DNA of 64,000 bases from Eledone cirrhosa (taxonomy: Eukaryota): assembly GCA_964016885.1 (NCBI GenBank), contig OZ024742.1, positions 33,356,001-33,420,000 of the forward strand, given 5' to 3'. A program made the translations under genes and the position numbers. Shown here one piece after another: positions 14,108 to 26,450 of this stretch. The first letter of the stretch is position 1; every line of letters begins with the position of its first letter. The notes under the pieces were generated by a model, which searched no databases, was not told the DNA's origin, and saw only the letters and a program-made list of their open reading frames with translations.

Positions 14108-14143
14108 CCCTAATGAAGGGACTTTTAGGTCCCGAAATATTGG
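14108..14143 (+). ncRNA. Degenerate minimal hammerhead-ribozyme-like motif
   Basis: CTAATGA (one mismatch to CUGAUGA), A, stem II GGGAC/TTTTAG/GTCCC, GAAA, TATTGG. Confidence 0.45.
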
Positions 14144-14409
14144 ACAGATAAAAGAACAACAATAACAATAAAAACACAAAACAAAGATTACCAGGTAACT
14201 TACTATTACTTTTCATTACCTCATCTTATAGTCCATTCAGAGGAAATCATCAGGATGAAACAGTTCTAGTCCTGTAGAAGCCATTTCTACATTAAATATT
14301 TATACTTTGCAATGTATTGAGTACCTTATTTACTGTGGTTACCCCCGATTGTACCTGGAATAAACATTATCTATCTATATATATATATATGTGTATGTGT
14401 GTGTGTGTA

Positions 14410-14513
<104 letters not shown>

Positions 14514-14774
14514 TGTGTGTATGTATGTTGGACCTCCATTCCAACACTGAGTGTTCTAGTTATTTCATCAATGGAACTGCCAGCTCATGAAATTAAGGTG
14601 CAAATAGTTGACCATTCTGCTGACATGTGTACCCACAATGTCATTCTCAGTTGGTCTTCCTTGAGAATCCATCCAGATCAAATCAATTGCAGATGGTTGC
14701 TTCTGATAAGACCCTCTGGAAGGTGTGCCTGAGAACTCTGCAACAACCCTCCCAGGAATAAGTGAGTAAGAAAG

Positions 14775-14821
<47 letters not shown>

Positions 14822-15980
14822 ATATATATGGTCACAGATGTGACACTTGATATGTTGTCTCTTGGCAAAACCAGCTGGGGTATGTCTTCATGTATTTTAC
14901 CATGTCTAATCAGTCCACCTGGTGACTTGCAAATTAAGCCACATTCACTGCCAATGTACCGTGAAGTATGTGACGGTAGAAGCATCTCAATTTCTCCTTG
15001 GCATATATATAATCAAATAGAAATAATTTCTGTTATGAAATCATCAATATATAGATATGAGTAAGGGGAAGAAGATGTGTGTGTGTATGAAGTTTATACA
15101 TACAAATAGAATCTCACAGTCCATGAGTTTGCTTCTCCAAGGCTTAAGCATAGGTAGGGTGTTTTGTGGGAGGCTATCCTCTTCATGACACCTATGTTGT
15201 CCAAGGGAAAGGTAGAGGATGACACAGCTTGCCACCAGTGTCATTACAACTCATTTTTCCAGTTGAATGAACTGGAGCAATGTGAAATAAAGTACCATCC
15301 GGTAACCAATCTTATGACTTTACGATTGTGAGCCCAGCAGCCTAACCACAGAACTACATGCCTTTACAGCCTGAATATAGTGAGTGAGAAAAAATTCCAA
15401 TCAACTGAGACAATTTAAAGACTGAAACGCTTTTTAGGGTTTATCAGAAAATATTTCAATCTTATTAGATTTCCTCATTGAAGCAAGAGATCTAATTAGA
15501 TTAAAACATGTTAGTTGCTTTTACTGAGCTGGTTTATAGACAAGGTCTTCTCTCACTGCCTTGTTTTAAATTGTTCCAAAAGGCTTGAATCAGCTCAAGC
15601 TATAGGAGTGTTCTTTACTCAAAACTCATTATATGAACAACCTTAAAGTAAGTTTTAGTCAGGAAATTGTGAAGATAGCCTTAGTTAACTAAATTGTTTT
15701 CCCCACTTGCCATAATCAAACTGTGAGCCTGTTTGCATGCATGCTCTAGTATTAATCTGTAGCACATTTTACAATGTCTTTTGTCTTAATTTAGTCACAA
15801 GTCAATTGTTTATTTATTTCTAGTTGCACTATTTCTATGTATTTATCTGTTTTTGTTGAAAGATAACCATCATTTTTCTGTCAATTCTTTGTTGTGATAT
15901 TGTCTCACATGCATCTTATCAATAAAGGAGTTCTTCAATATGTTGTGGCAACTAGTGTTACAAGAGAAATTTCACCTTAA

Positions 15981-16201
15981 CCTTTTAGCATTTAAACTGG
16001 CGATATCCGACCAGAATTCTCTCACCTCTTTTTGTTCAAACTGTCCGTAACTGGCCACTCATACTGATGTTAAGGTATTGTTCCCAAAATAAATAATATC
16101 AAAATTTCATAGAGTCGATATTATGTGAGATAATTATGTAAGATAAAGCCTTTACCGCGAAAATACAATTGTATATATAGAGTAATGTAAATACTAAAGG
16201 G
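15981..16201. mobile_element. piggyBac-type MITE copy (opposite orientation to 2704)
   Basis: TTAA 15977-15980 and 16202-16205; same terminal inverted repeats. Confidence 0.85.
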
Positions 16202-16339
16202 TTAATGTGTGAAATTGCATGCCAGAAAGCAGCTAAAGAGGTAAAGATGCAGTTCTCTGTTTGCATTATGTTACTGTTTTAATTTGTGCATTTTCTGTTG
16301 TTTTTTTTTTATGACCATGCTGTAAAATGGAGGGGTAGA

Positions 16340-17839
16340 GAGGGCCCTTGAGTCTAGTAAGACATCCTCTCTAGTGCTGGTGGCACAAATAAAAGCACCC
16401 AGTCCATGCTGTAAAGTGGCGCTGGTGTTAGGAAGGGCATCCAACCAGTGTATCAATGCCAAAACTCTTATCAGCACAGCAACAAATAGGAACAACAACA
16501 AAATATGAAGACATCGCATCTCAGAGTTGCAACACTTAATGTTGGCACTCTCAGAGGTAGATCTGCTGAAATAGTGGAGATGCTGGAGAGAAGGCAGGTG
16601 GATGTGTGCTGCGTGCAAGAGGTGAGATGGAGAGGTGCCTCTGCGAGACTAGTCGTAGGCAAGCGTCTTAGCTATAAGCTATTCTGGGTAGGTAAGGATG
16701 ATGGGCTAGGGGGAGTAGGCATTTTCCTGGCTGAGAAATGGATCAATAAGACAATAGAGGTAGTTCGAGTTAGTAATCGAATAATTAAGCTTAGATTAGT
16801 TGTAGGTAGGAGACTACTGACAATCATCTCGGCCTATGCTCCCCAAGCAGGCCTAGGCAAAGATGAGAAAGACTGCTTTTATGAGCAACTTTTGCAAACA
16901 ACCGCAATGACAGAGGACGGAGACATTGTTATGCTAGCAGGAGACTTCAATGGTCATGTTGGACAGCTCCAGGATGGTTACACTGGGGTACATGGTGGGC
17001 ACGGTTACGGTTCAAGAAATGAGGAAGGAGTGAGACTTCTTGAATTTTGTGATGCGGGTACATTGACTATTTGCAACACAAACTTCCAGAAACCTGCCAA
17101 TCACCTAATAACCTACAAATCTGGTGAGCACATAAGCCAGATTGACTTCTTGCTCGTTAGGCAGCGGGACAGGCAGATAGTGTCTAATACCAAGGCATAA
17201 CCTGGGGAAGAATGTACCCCACAGCATAGGTTAGTTGTTAGTGATATCTCAGTAAGCAAGAGATGGAATGAGACATATAGGAAGGTGTGGAGAAGAAAGG
17301 TCTGGAAGCTAAAAGACCTTTCACTAAAATACAAATTTAGGAAAGCCCTTCAAGATGTATATGACGAAAAAGAAGACGATTTAGAGACGTATGACATAGA
17401 TAATAACTGGAAGTTCTTACGTGACAACTTGCTGCAGGCTACTGATGAAAACTGTGGCTGGAGCAGAGCTCCAACCAGACAGAGAGTGACCTGGTGGTGG
17501 AACAGCACAGTAGATAAGGCTATTAGAGACAAAAGACTAGCATGGAAGGCTTGGAAAAAGGGTGGGAGTAGGGAAGAATATACAGCCACTAAGAGAGAAG
17601 CTAGACGTCAGGTGTACTTAGCACGCAGGGAGGCAGAGAGTAGGAGGTTTGCCAATGTTCTGCGACGGGAAGATCAGAGGCGTGCGGTGTTCCACATTGC
17701 AAGGCAGTGTGTCAATGCAAATCAGGATGTTGTTGGAGATAAATGTGTCCGGGATGATGCCGGTGTACTTAGTGTCACGAATGATCAGAAAAAGGAGGCC
17801 TGGAAATGTCATTATGAGAGACTGATGAATGTGGAGAAC
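16340..17839 (+). mobile_element. RTE-clade LINE 'A', 5' part (5' UTR and APE endonuclease), split by insertion of element B
   Basis: ORF from ATG 16505: LRVATLNVGTL, CCVQEVRW, ISAYAPQ, AGDFNGH, SQIDF; premature TAA 17198-17200; reading stops at ...HYERLMNVEN. Confidence 0.92.
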
Positions 17840-20800
17840 GACCCCTCCCGCCCGCCCCCACACACCACCATTATTATTACGTGGACCAATCATAAGCCAG
17901 AGGCCTATACTATCGCTTACCTGGTTGCCTTCGATATGACGGATGGATGGACTACGGAATTCTGGAGAGTTGAAGAGAGAAAAATCTGGACGCTCAGCGA
18001 CAATGCCAAAGATAAAGACAAATTCACCTCGTGGACGAGAATGCGAGCATTCCTCTTTGTTTCGGCTGCGGATGGCTAACATAACCCCATCTCCCCCCGC
18101 TCCCACCCTCCAAACGCAATCCAAAACTTCAGAGTTGGTACCATGAATGTAGGCACCTTAAAGGGTCGCTCTAACGAGGTTGTAGAAATGCTTGAACGTA
18201 AGGAGGTCGATGTTTGTTGTATTCAAGAGACCAGGCGGAAAGGTGGGTCTGCTAGATTCATTGTGGGTAAAAAAACGATGCTATAAGCTTTTCTGGGTGG
18301 GAAATGACAATGGGCTGGGTGGAGTAGGAATCATGGTAGCAGAAAAGTGGGCAGATAAGATAATAGACGTAAATAGAGTGAACGACAGAATAATTAAAAT
18401 AAGACTTGTCCTCAATAGAACTACGGTGACGGTAATATCTGCGTACGCACCCCAATCCGGACTGCCCGGCACTATAAAAGACAAATTCTATGAGACACTG
18501 ATGCTCACTAACTCCCAAATAACCGACAGTGACTATATAATTATTGCAGGCGACCTAAATGGTCACGTTGGACAACATTGTGACGGCTACAACGAAATCC
18601 ATGGAGGCTATGGGTTTGGTACTAGAAATGAGGAAGGCTCCAGAATCCTGGAATTCTGTGACGCAAATAACCTAACTAACTGTAACACTAACTTCAAAAA
18701 ACGTGACAATCACCTGATCACCTATAGATCGGAGGAACACACAAGCCAGGTAGATTATATCCTTACCAGAAGACGTGACAGAGTATCTGTTGTAAACACT
18801 AAATCCCTCCCCCATGAAGAATGCACCTCCCAACATAGACTGATAATTAGCGACCTAATAGTCAGGACGAGACGTACTAGACAACAGAAGAGGACTATCC
18901 TCAGGAGGAAAATATGGAAGCTAAAGGACCCCACAGCCAGAAATAAATTCAGAAGTATACTACTTGATGCTTTTGACAGTAAGGAAGAGCAATTAGAGTC
19001 GTACAATATAGAGGAGCAGTGGGAATTCCTGAAAGCAAACCTGCTGATGGCGGCAGACGAAGTCTGTGGCTGGAGCAGGCCTGTAGGCAGGAGGAGAGTA
19101 ACATGGTGGTGGAACAGTAAGGTGGAGGGGTCAATTAAGGCCAAAAAGCAGGCTTGGAAAGTTTGGCGGGATGGGGGAAGCAGAGTCCCCCGTTCCATTA
19201 TCTGGTGGGCTCTTAGAAAACTAGGTGTTGACGAATGGCTTGTGAGAGTTATACAAGCCATGTATAAAGAAACAGTCAGCAAGGTTAGAATTAACAACGA
19301 ATATAGTGAAGAGTTTAGCGTAAAAGTTGGCGTCCATCAGGGCTCTGTTCTCAGCCCCCTACTATTTATTATTGCCCTTCAGGCTATAACAGAGGAGTTC
19401 AAGACCGGTTGCCCATGGGAACTCCTATACGCAGATGACCTAACACTCATAGCTGAATCAATGGCCGAGCTAGAGAAGAAATTCCAAACTTGGAAGCACG
19501 GCCTAGAATCAAAAGGCCTTAAAATTAACCTGGCTAAGACTAAAGTTCTAGTTTGTAAGAAAGAAAATAAGGCGGCGGTCCCTTCTGGGAAGTGGCCATG
19601 CTCAGTGTGTAGGAAAGGCGTAGGTAGAAACTCCATTTTGTGTCCCAAATGCAAAGTATGGGTGCATAAAAGATGTAGTGGGATCACAGGTAAGCTAACT
19701 AAGAATATAGATTTTACATGTGGCCGGTGCTCTGGTGCAATAAGTAGCAGCAAGTGCCCACCAAATACTAGCTCTTTCAACTGCGCAGAGGGTTCTATAG
19801 AAATAGTGGACAGCTTCCGTTACCTGGGTGACAAAATCAGCAGTGGGGGAGGGTGCTCTGAAAGTACAGTAGCTAGAGTCAGAACGGGATGGAAAAAGTT
19901 CAGAGAGCTTATACCACTATTAGCCGCTAAAGGGTTCTCCCTAAAAATGAAAGGCAGGTTGTATGATGCCTGCATACGAACAGCAATGCTGCATGGCAGT
20001 GAGACCTGGGCATTGTGTGCAGAGGATATACGCAGACTGGAGAGAAACGAAGCTTGCATGCTCCGCTTGATGTGTAATAGTAATATACGTGAACGGCAAA
20101 GCATAAACGAACTAAGGAAAAAATTAGAAATAAGAGGGATCAGATGTTGTTTACTCGAGAGACGGCTACGTTGGTATGGTCACGTGATGCGCATGAAAGA
20201 CGATAGCTGTATAACAAAGTGCAGGGCAATAAAGATAGACGGTAGCCACGGAATAGGCAGACCCAGAAAAACCTGGGACGAGCTGATAAATTCCGACCTC
20301 ACACACTTACACCTCACCAAGACAATGTCACTGGACCGAGACCTTTGGCGGTACTCAGTAATAGAGAGGACCCCCCTTACCTAAATACAAAGTAAAACCT
20401 ACTACAGTCAGTAGGCATCTCTAACAAAATACACCCCCGTCCCTCCACCCCCACCCCATCCACATCGCCCCTTTCAATGTAAAGTTATGTTGGTCCCACA
20501 ACATCCAGGCCGAAACAAATGAGATCGTGTAGGTGTCACGACAAAAAAACACACAGTTCACGCTGTAATGTGGCCGTTTAGGCAACACGGTAAAAACCTC
20601 CCAGCCCCACACTGTAAATGTGGTTGGTGTTAGGAAGGGCATCCAGCTGTAGAAAACCCGCCAGACAGTCGACGCTGTAATGTGGTCGTGTAGGCAACAC
20701 GGTAAAAACCTCCCAGCCCCATACTGTAAATGTGGTTGGTGTTAGGAAGGGCATCCAGCTGTAGAAAACCCGCCAGATAGTCCTATGCGAGCAAGATAAT

Positions 20801-20887
20801 CACTCTTGCCTCAAGTGGGAAAACCCCCGTCCAAACCCATGCAAGCGTGGAACGCGGACGTTAAACGTTGATGATGATGATGATGAT
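17840..20887 (+). mobile_element. RTE-clade LINE 'B' nested inside A; internally deleted RT
   Basis: APE (RVGTMNVGTL, SAYAPQ, GDLNGH), RT motifs GVHQGSVLSPLLF and LYADD, PHD-like finger, stop 20384, 3' UTR with duplicated ~112-bp block, (GAT)n tail ending 20887; frameshifts near 18125 and 18270. Confidence 0.92.
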
Positions 20888-22631
20888 GAATGGGAGAGAG
20901 AGAAATTACCCTTGGTGGATCCGACAGAGGGACCAGCTATTGAGATTGACGAATATAGGGTCCGAGAGGCGATTAGGGAAATGAAAAATGGTAAGGCTAC
21001 CAGACCATCGGGAATAGTTGCTGAGATGCTGAAGGCATCAGGGGACGTAGGCACTAAACTGGTTGCACGCATCATCAATCAGACTATATATGGTGGTGTC
21101 ATACCCAAAGACTGGTGCAGCAGTATTCTCATAAATTGCTACAAAGGTAAAGGGGATGCTTTGGAGAGGAGCAATTATAGGGGTATAAAACTGATAGATC
21201 AGGTTATGAAAGTGGCAAAAAGGATTTTAGCACAACTAATTAGAGAAAGGGTCAAACTAGATGAGATGCAGTTTGGTTTTGTGCCTGGGAAGAGTACAAC
21301 AGATGCCCTCTTCTTGGTGAGACAATTGCAAGAGAGGTTCTTAGAGAAGAATAAGCCACTATACTTAGCCTTTGTTGACCTAGAGAAGGCCTTTGATAGG
21401 GTACCCCGATCTGTCATCTGGTGGTCCCTAAGGAAGCTAGGTGTTGAGGAATGGCTTGTGAGGACAGTGCAAACTTTGTACAGAGGTACTCTCAGTAAAG
21501 TCAGGGTAGGAATGGAGTTTAGTGATGAATTCCAGATACAAGTAGGAGTACATCAGGGTTCGGTCCTCAGCCCGCTCTTGTTCATTATAGTCCTCCAAGC
21601 CATAACAGAAGAGTTTAAGACTGGCTGTCCATGGGAACTTCTCTACGCTGACGATCTGGTTCTTATAGCAGAATCAGTAGAGGAGCTAGAGAATAAATTC
21701 TATGGAAACAGCAGTTGGAAGCAAGAGGACTGAGAGTGAATCTAGCTAAGACAAAAGTGTTGATGAGTAGAAAAGAGGACAAAACCCTGATTCCGTCAGG
21801 GAAATGGCCATGTTCGATATGCAGAAAAGGAACTGGCATAAATTCTATAAAATGCACACAATGCAGATCCTGGGTACACAAGAGATGTAGCGGGATAGCA
21901 GGCAAACTAACAGGTAGGGAGAAATATGTATGCAGTAGATGTACAGGGAAATTAGACAGTAGAAGTCGCACTGATAGACACATTTTTCAAATGCATGAGG
22001 GCGCTATAGAAGTGGTGGATAGCTCCCGGTACCTAGGAGATCAGATTAGCATGGGAGGAGGGTGTTCCGAGGCCATAGTATCTAGAATAAGGACGGGTTG
22101 GAAGAAGTTTAGGGAGCTGCTTCCTCTGTTGACGAAGAAGGGTTTCTCCCTGCGTACGAAAGGCCGGTTGTATGATGCCTGTGTGAGGAGCGCGATGCTG
22201 CATGGTAGTGAGACATGGGCAGCAACCGCAGAGGATATGTGACGGCTGGAGAGAAATGAGGCAAGCATGCTCCGTTGGATGTGCAGTGTAAATGTGCGTG
22301 AACGACCCAGCATAAATGTGTTGAGAGAGAAACTGTGTCTGAGAGAGATAGAATGTAGTGTACGGGAGAAGAGACTGAGGTGGTATGGACATGTGATGCG
22401 CATGGAGGATGACCGATGGGTGAAGAAGTGCCACGAATTGCCAGTTGAAGGAAGACGTGGTAGAGGTAGACCACGAAAAACATGGGCGGAGGTGGTGAGA
22501 ACAGACCTCAGATCATTGAAGCTCACGGTGGAGATGACGAGGGACCGTGACGAGTGGAGAGATGCTGTGCTGAATAAGACCCGTCCCACCCTTGCAAGCA
22601 GAGAAAAGCGGGCGTAAAATGATGATGATGA
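20888..22631 (+). mobile_element. RTE-clade LINE 'A', 3' part (RT, PHD-like finger, C-terminus, tail)
   Basis: Resumes EWEREKLPLVDPTEGP; YKGKGD..NYRGI, QFGF, FVDLEKAFD, GVHQGSVLSP, LYADD; frameshift near 21705, TGA 22240-22242; (ATG)n tail. Confidence 0.92.
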
Positions 22632-22703
22632 TATATATAAATATATGTTGATTTAAAACTTCACTATTCACAAGTGTTTTTTAACCTTCATATCATGTAT
22701 CCC

Positions 22704-22771
22704 TATTTTATCTGATGAAAACGCAGATATCATCTCATGATATTTGTTTTTGAAATGCGCATAATAAAATA
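22704..22771 (+). ncRNA. Type I hammerhead ribozyme with intact catalytic core
   Basis: Stem I TATTTTAT/ATAAAATA (8 bp), CTGATGA 22712-22718, long stem II (CAGATATCAT/ATGATATTTG), GAAA 22752-22755, short palindromic stem III (A)TGCGCA(T), AUA cleavage triplet ending 22763. Confidence 0.8.
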
Positions 22772-22801
22772 CTTGGAACTCTTTTAACCCTCTTTTGATC
22801 T

Positions 22802-22860
<59 letters not shown>

Positions 22861-24512
22861 TATGGAGAGAGAAAGAGATGTGTAATGGATCTATATATAC
22901 ATATACATACAAGTATATATACAGGAAGTGTATTAATAAGGACGAAAAAGGAGAGGACTGTGACTATCAGAGAAATGACTGGGTTCAATATGCAGAAAAT
23001 GAGTAGATAGAAACACCATATGATGAACCCAGTATTTATAACTGACTGTAAAGTGGTCATGTAGGAGACACGGTAAAAAGGCTCCCAGTCCACATTGTAA
23101 ACATGGTTGGTGTTAGGAAGGGCATACAGCCGTAGAAAACCTGCCAGGTACAGTCATATATGAGCGAGACACGGTCATCCGATCAATCTTGCCACAAGTG
23201 GGACAATTCCGTCTAACCCATGCTAGATAGATGTTAAACGATGATGATGATGATGATGATGGTTTAAGAGGTGTTCTGGAATGACAGGTAGGCTGACAGA
23301 GGAGTTAGACTTTGTATGTGACAGGTGACTAATGGCCCTTTGAATCAAGATACAACTAATTTTTTACACCTGTATAGTCTGGAGCAGTGTGAAATGAAGA
23401 GTCTTGTTCAGGGACTCATGCCATTAACAGTCATCTATACTGTACTCATGACATATCATGAAAAACTATGTTTCTTCCTTTCTAATAATATTCATATCAA
23501 CATACCTCAAACAGTTCTCTTGGTAACACTACAACCTTCAATATAACTAGATTAAATGGAAAGACATTGTTATTCTGACATAAGGCTTCATTAGTTCTAA
23601 CTAAGTGGTTGGTGAAAGGAAGGGCATACAGCTGTAGAAACCCTGCCAAACATAGTCTTGAGAGGATTCTTCAGTTGTGTCAAGGACACTCGAGTGCTGG
23701 TGACATGATAGTAAACATGATAGTGACATCCAGTAAACCCTGTAAAAGGGTTGGTGATAGGAAAAGCATCCAGCGATGAAAAGTCTTCAGTTGTGTCAAA
23801 GACACGACAACCTTCCTAGTGCTGGTGCCATGATGAAAATGCATTTGGGCACTCTGTAAAGAGAGAAAGAGAGAGTGCAGGAGTGTATGTAAATAAAATG
23901 TGCCCTCCCACCCCCACCCCACCCCTTGGCCCATCTGAAAGCTCATTAGTTCTGGTCTGTGATGACCCAACCAAGGTTGATAAAATAAAGTACCAGTAAT
24001 ACACTGGAGTAATTGCTGGCCTTGTGCCAAAAGTAGAAACAATTATCATGAAATTGATAGACATTGTTAGACACTAATGAAAGACTGCCTATGATTTTCA
24101 ATTCACTTTGGGGGGGTTTAGTTATATAACTAACTTTCTCATTGTCAATCTAGTATTTGGAACATAACCTAACAAAGGTTCTTACATAAAATTATGATGG
24201 AAGGTTTCTATGTGGCTGTCTCTATGATGTATACAATATTACAAAACAAACTTAAACTTCATTTCATTTAAAAATCTTGTTGGATCTCTTTAAATAGCTA
24301 TTGAGTAGAGTGAAGAAAACAATGTACTTAAACCAAACCTTACCATATTTTATTGTAGTACACTGGGAATGATAAACAAGGGTTCCATATAACGCATGTT
24401 TGGTAGCCCCAACGGGAGAGCTATCACTCAGAATAAATATTTAAAAAATGATTACCTCCTAAGGGAGATGAGGGTTCTGTAATTCAGAGAATACAGTCCA
24501 TGTGGGAGAGCA

Positions 24513-24941
24513 TCATCATCATCATCATAACCGTTTTACATCCGTTCTTCCAGGTTAGCATGGGTTAGACGGGTTGTCCTGTTGTGGGCAGTGTCCAGTC
24601 GGCTGACCTTGTCTTGCTCATACAAGAACTGATTCTGGCTTGATTTATACAGCTGGATACCCTTCCTATCACCAACCTCATTTACAGTGAGTGCTGGGTG
24701 CTTTTTTTCTGTGGCACCTACACGTCCACCTTACAGTGTGGGCTGGGTGCTTTTTTATGTGGCACCTACACGACCACTCTGCAGTGGAATGATAGGGACC
24801 CCAGTCCTATCATCTCATTTCTACAGCTGAGTAAACTGGAGCAATTTGAAATAAAGTGTCTTGCTCAAGGAAACAACACATCACCCAGTCCGAGAATGGA
24901 ACTCACAACCTTTCGATTGCAAGACCAATGCTCTAACCACT
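24513..24941 (-). mobile_element. tRNA-CORE-headed SINE with RTE-derived body and (ATG)n tail
   Basis: Reverse-complement homolog of 32116-32461 with a variant tail. Confidence 0.8.
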
Positions 24942-25229
24942 AATCAGTTATTACAAATAAAACAAAACAAGACTGCATTGTATAGACATGTGTTCCATAA
25001 GCCATGATGAAGGTAGCTAGACTATCGACTCAAAACTCAAATAAAATAAATCAGCAAGGGGCAGACGTGGGCTCCATAAGCCATAGAACGGGCAGCCCAT
25101 CTAGGAGGATAGGGGTTCTGAATAAAATACAACTGCACGAGGTAGATGTGGGCTCCGTAAGCTGAAATGTATGTAGGCAACTCATCTAGGAGAGCAATAA
25201 CTTTGAATAAAAGCTGATACAAGAGCGGA

Positions 25230-25927
25230 TCTTTCAGTCTGGTAAGATCATCTCTCTAGTGTTAGTGGCAACATGAATAATGCACTCAGACCATGCTGCA
25301 AAGTGGTTGGTGATAGGAAGGGCATCCAACCAGTAAAACCTTGCCAAAAATATGCAAAGTACAACACATAAATCTCTCACTAATTGCATATACAGGACTA
25401 ACACTAGCTAGTCATGTTAGTCCTGCAAATCCCTCGACTATCATCAAGCAACCACACACTCTTATTCCCTTCCAGGTAAAAAGGACTAGAAAAGGACCAA
25501 ATCACCATTACCTGGTAACTCATCTCAGAGCTGTTACACACAATGTGGGCACACAGAAAGGTAGATCAGGTGAAATTGTGGAGTTACTCGAGAGGTGATG
25601 AGTAGATGTGCTGTGTTCAGGAGGTAATATGGAAAAGCACCTCTGTAAGACTTCCCACAGGCAAACAATGTAGATACAAGCTCTTCTGGGTAGGTAATGA
25701 CGATGGGGTAGGTGGAGTAGGCACTCTACTAGCTGAGACATGGATAGATATGGTAATCAAAGTGGTTAGAGTAAGTGACAGAATTATCAAACTTAGATAG
25801 TCAATAGAATGACAACAATTATCTTTAGCTATGCACCACAAGTAGGACTAAGTAAGGAACAAAAGGACCGCTTGTCCAACCCATGCAAGTGTGGAACAGC
25901 AGACATAAAATGATGAAAACGATGATG
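25230..25927 (+). mobile_element. Internally deleted RTE: 5' UTR and APE N-half joined directly to the 3' tail
   Basis: 5' end matches RTE-A 16340-16450; HLRAVTHNVGT, CCVQEV, YKLFWVGNDDG; at ~25870 jumps to TCCAACCCATGCAAGTGTGGAA..AAAATGATG tail. Confidence 0.75.
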
Positions 25928-25959
25928 AAATTTACTTGTGAAATAAAATCCCTCAAATG

Positions 25960-26450
25960 TTCAGAAGTTTCACTTGATGTAGTAGATAGCTTTTGCTATC
26001 TATGTAATCTCATGGAGGTGGATGTAATAAAAGTGTTGTAGCTGAAGTGAGCATGGTGTGGAAGAAATTCAGAGTGTTGTTATTTCTATTGACAACCAAG
26101 GACTTCCCTTTCAGAGTGAGAGCAAAGTGTTCAAACTGCTATGCATCATAGTAGTGAGGCATGGGTTCTGAATGCAGAAGGTTTGTAATGGTTAAAAAGA
26201 AAGGAAGAATGCATGTGATGTGCAAGAAAGACAGTTACACTGGTACAGACATGTAATGTGCAAGGAGAATGATAGTTGTATAAAGAAGTGCTGAGCATAT
26301 GAAATAAATGAAACCCGTGGGAGAGAGAAAGACCAAGAAAAACACAGGACAAAGTTGTAAAGAGTGGCCTCAAGAAACTGAACCTCATGAGGAAGATAAC
26401 ACAGCCATGTTGACTAACAACTTGCCATACTAGAGAAGACCCATCCACCA
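25960..26450 (+). mobile_element. Decayed RTE RT C-terminal fragment
   Basis: Remnants VVDSFCYL, WKKFR, MHHSSEAW, GRERPRKT. Confidence 0.6.

Noticed and set aside
14820-14990. C2H2 zinc-finger gene (CGLICKSPGGLIRHGKIH, minus strand)
   Set aside because: Single degenerate finger between microsatellites with no exon structure; more likely the C-terminus of a LINE ORF
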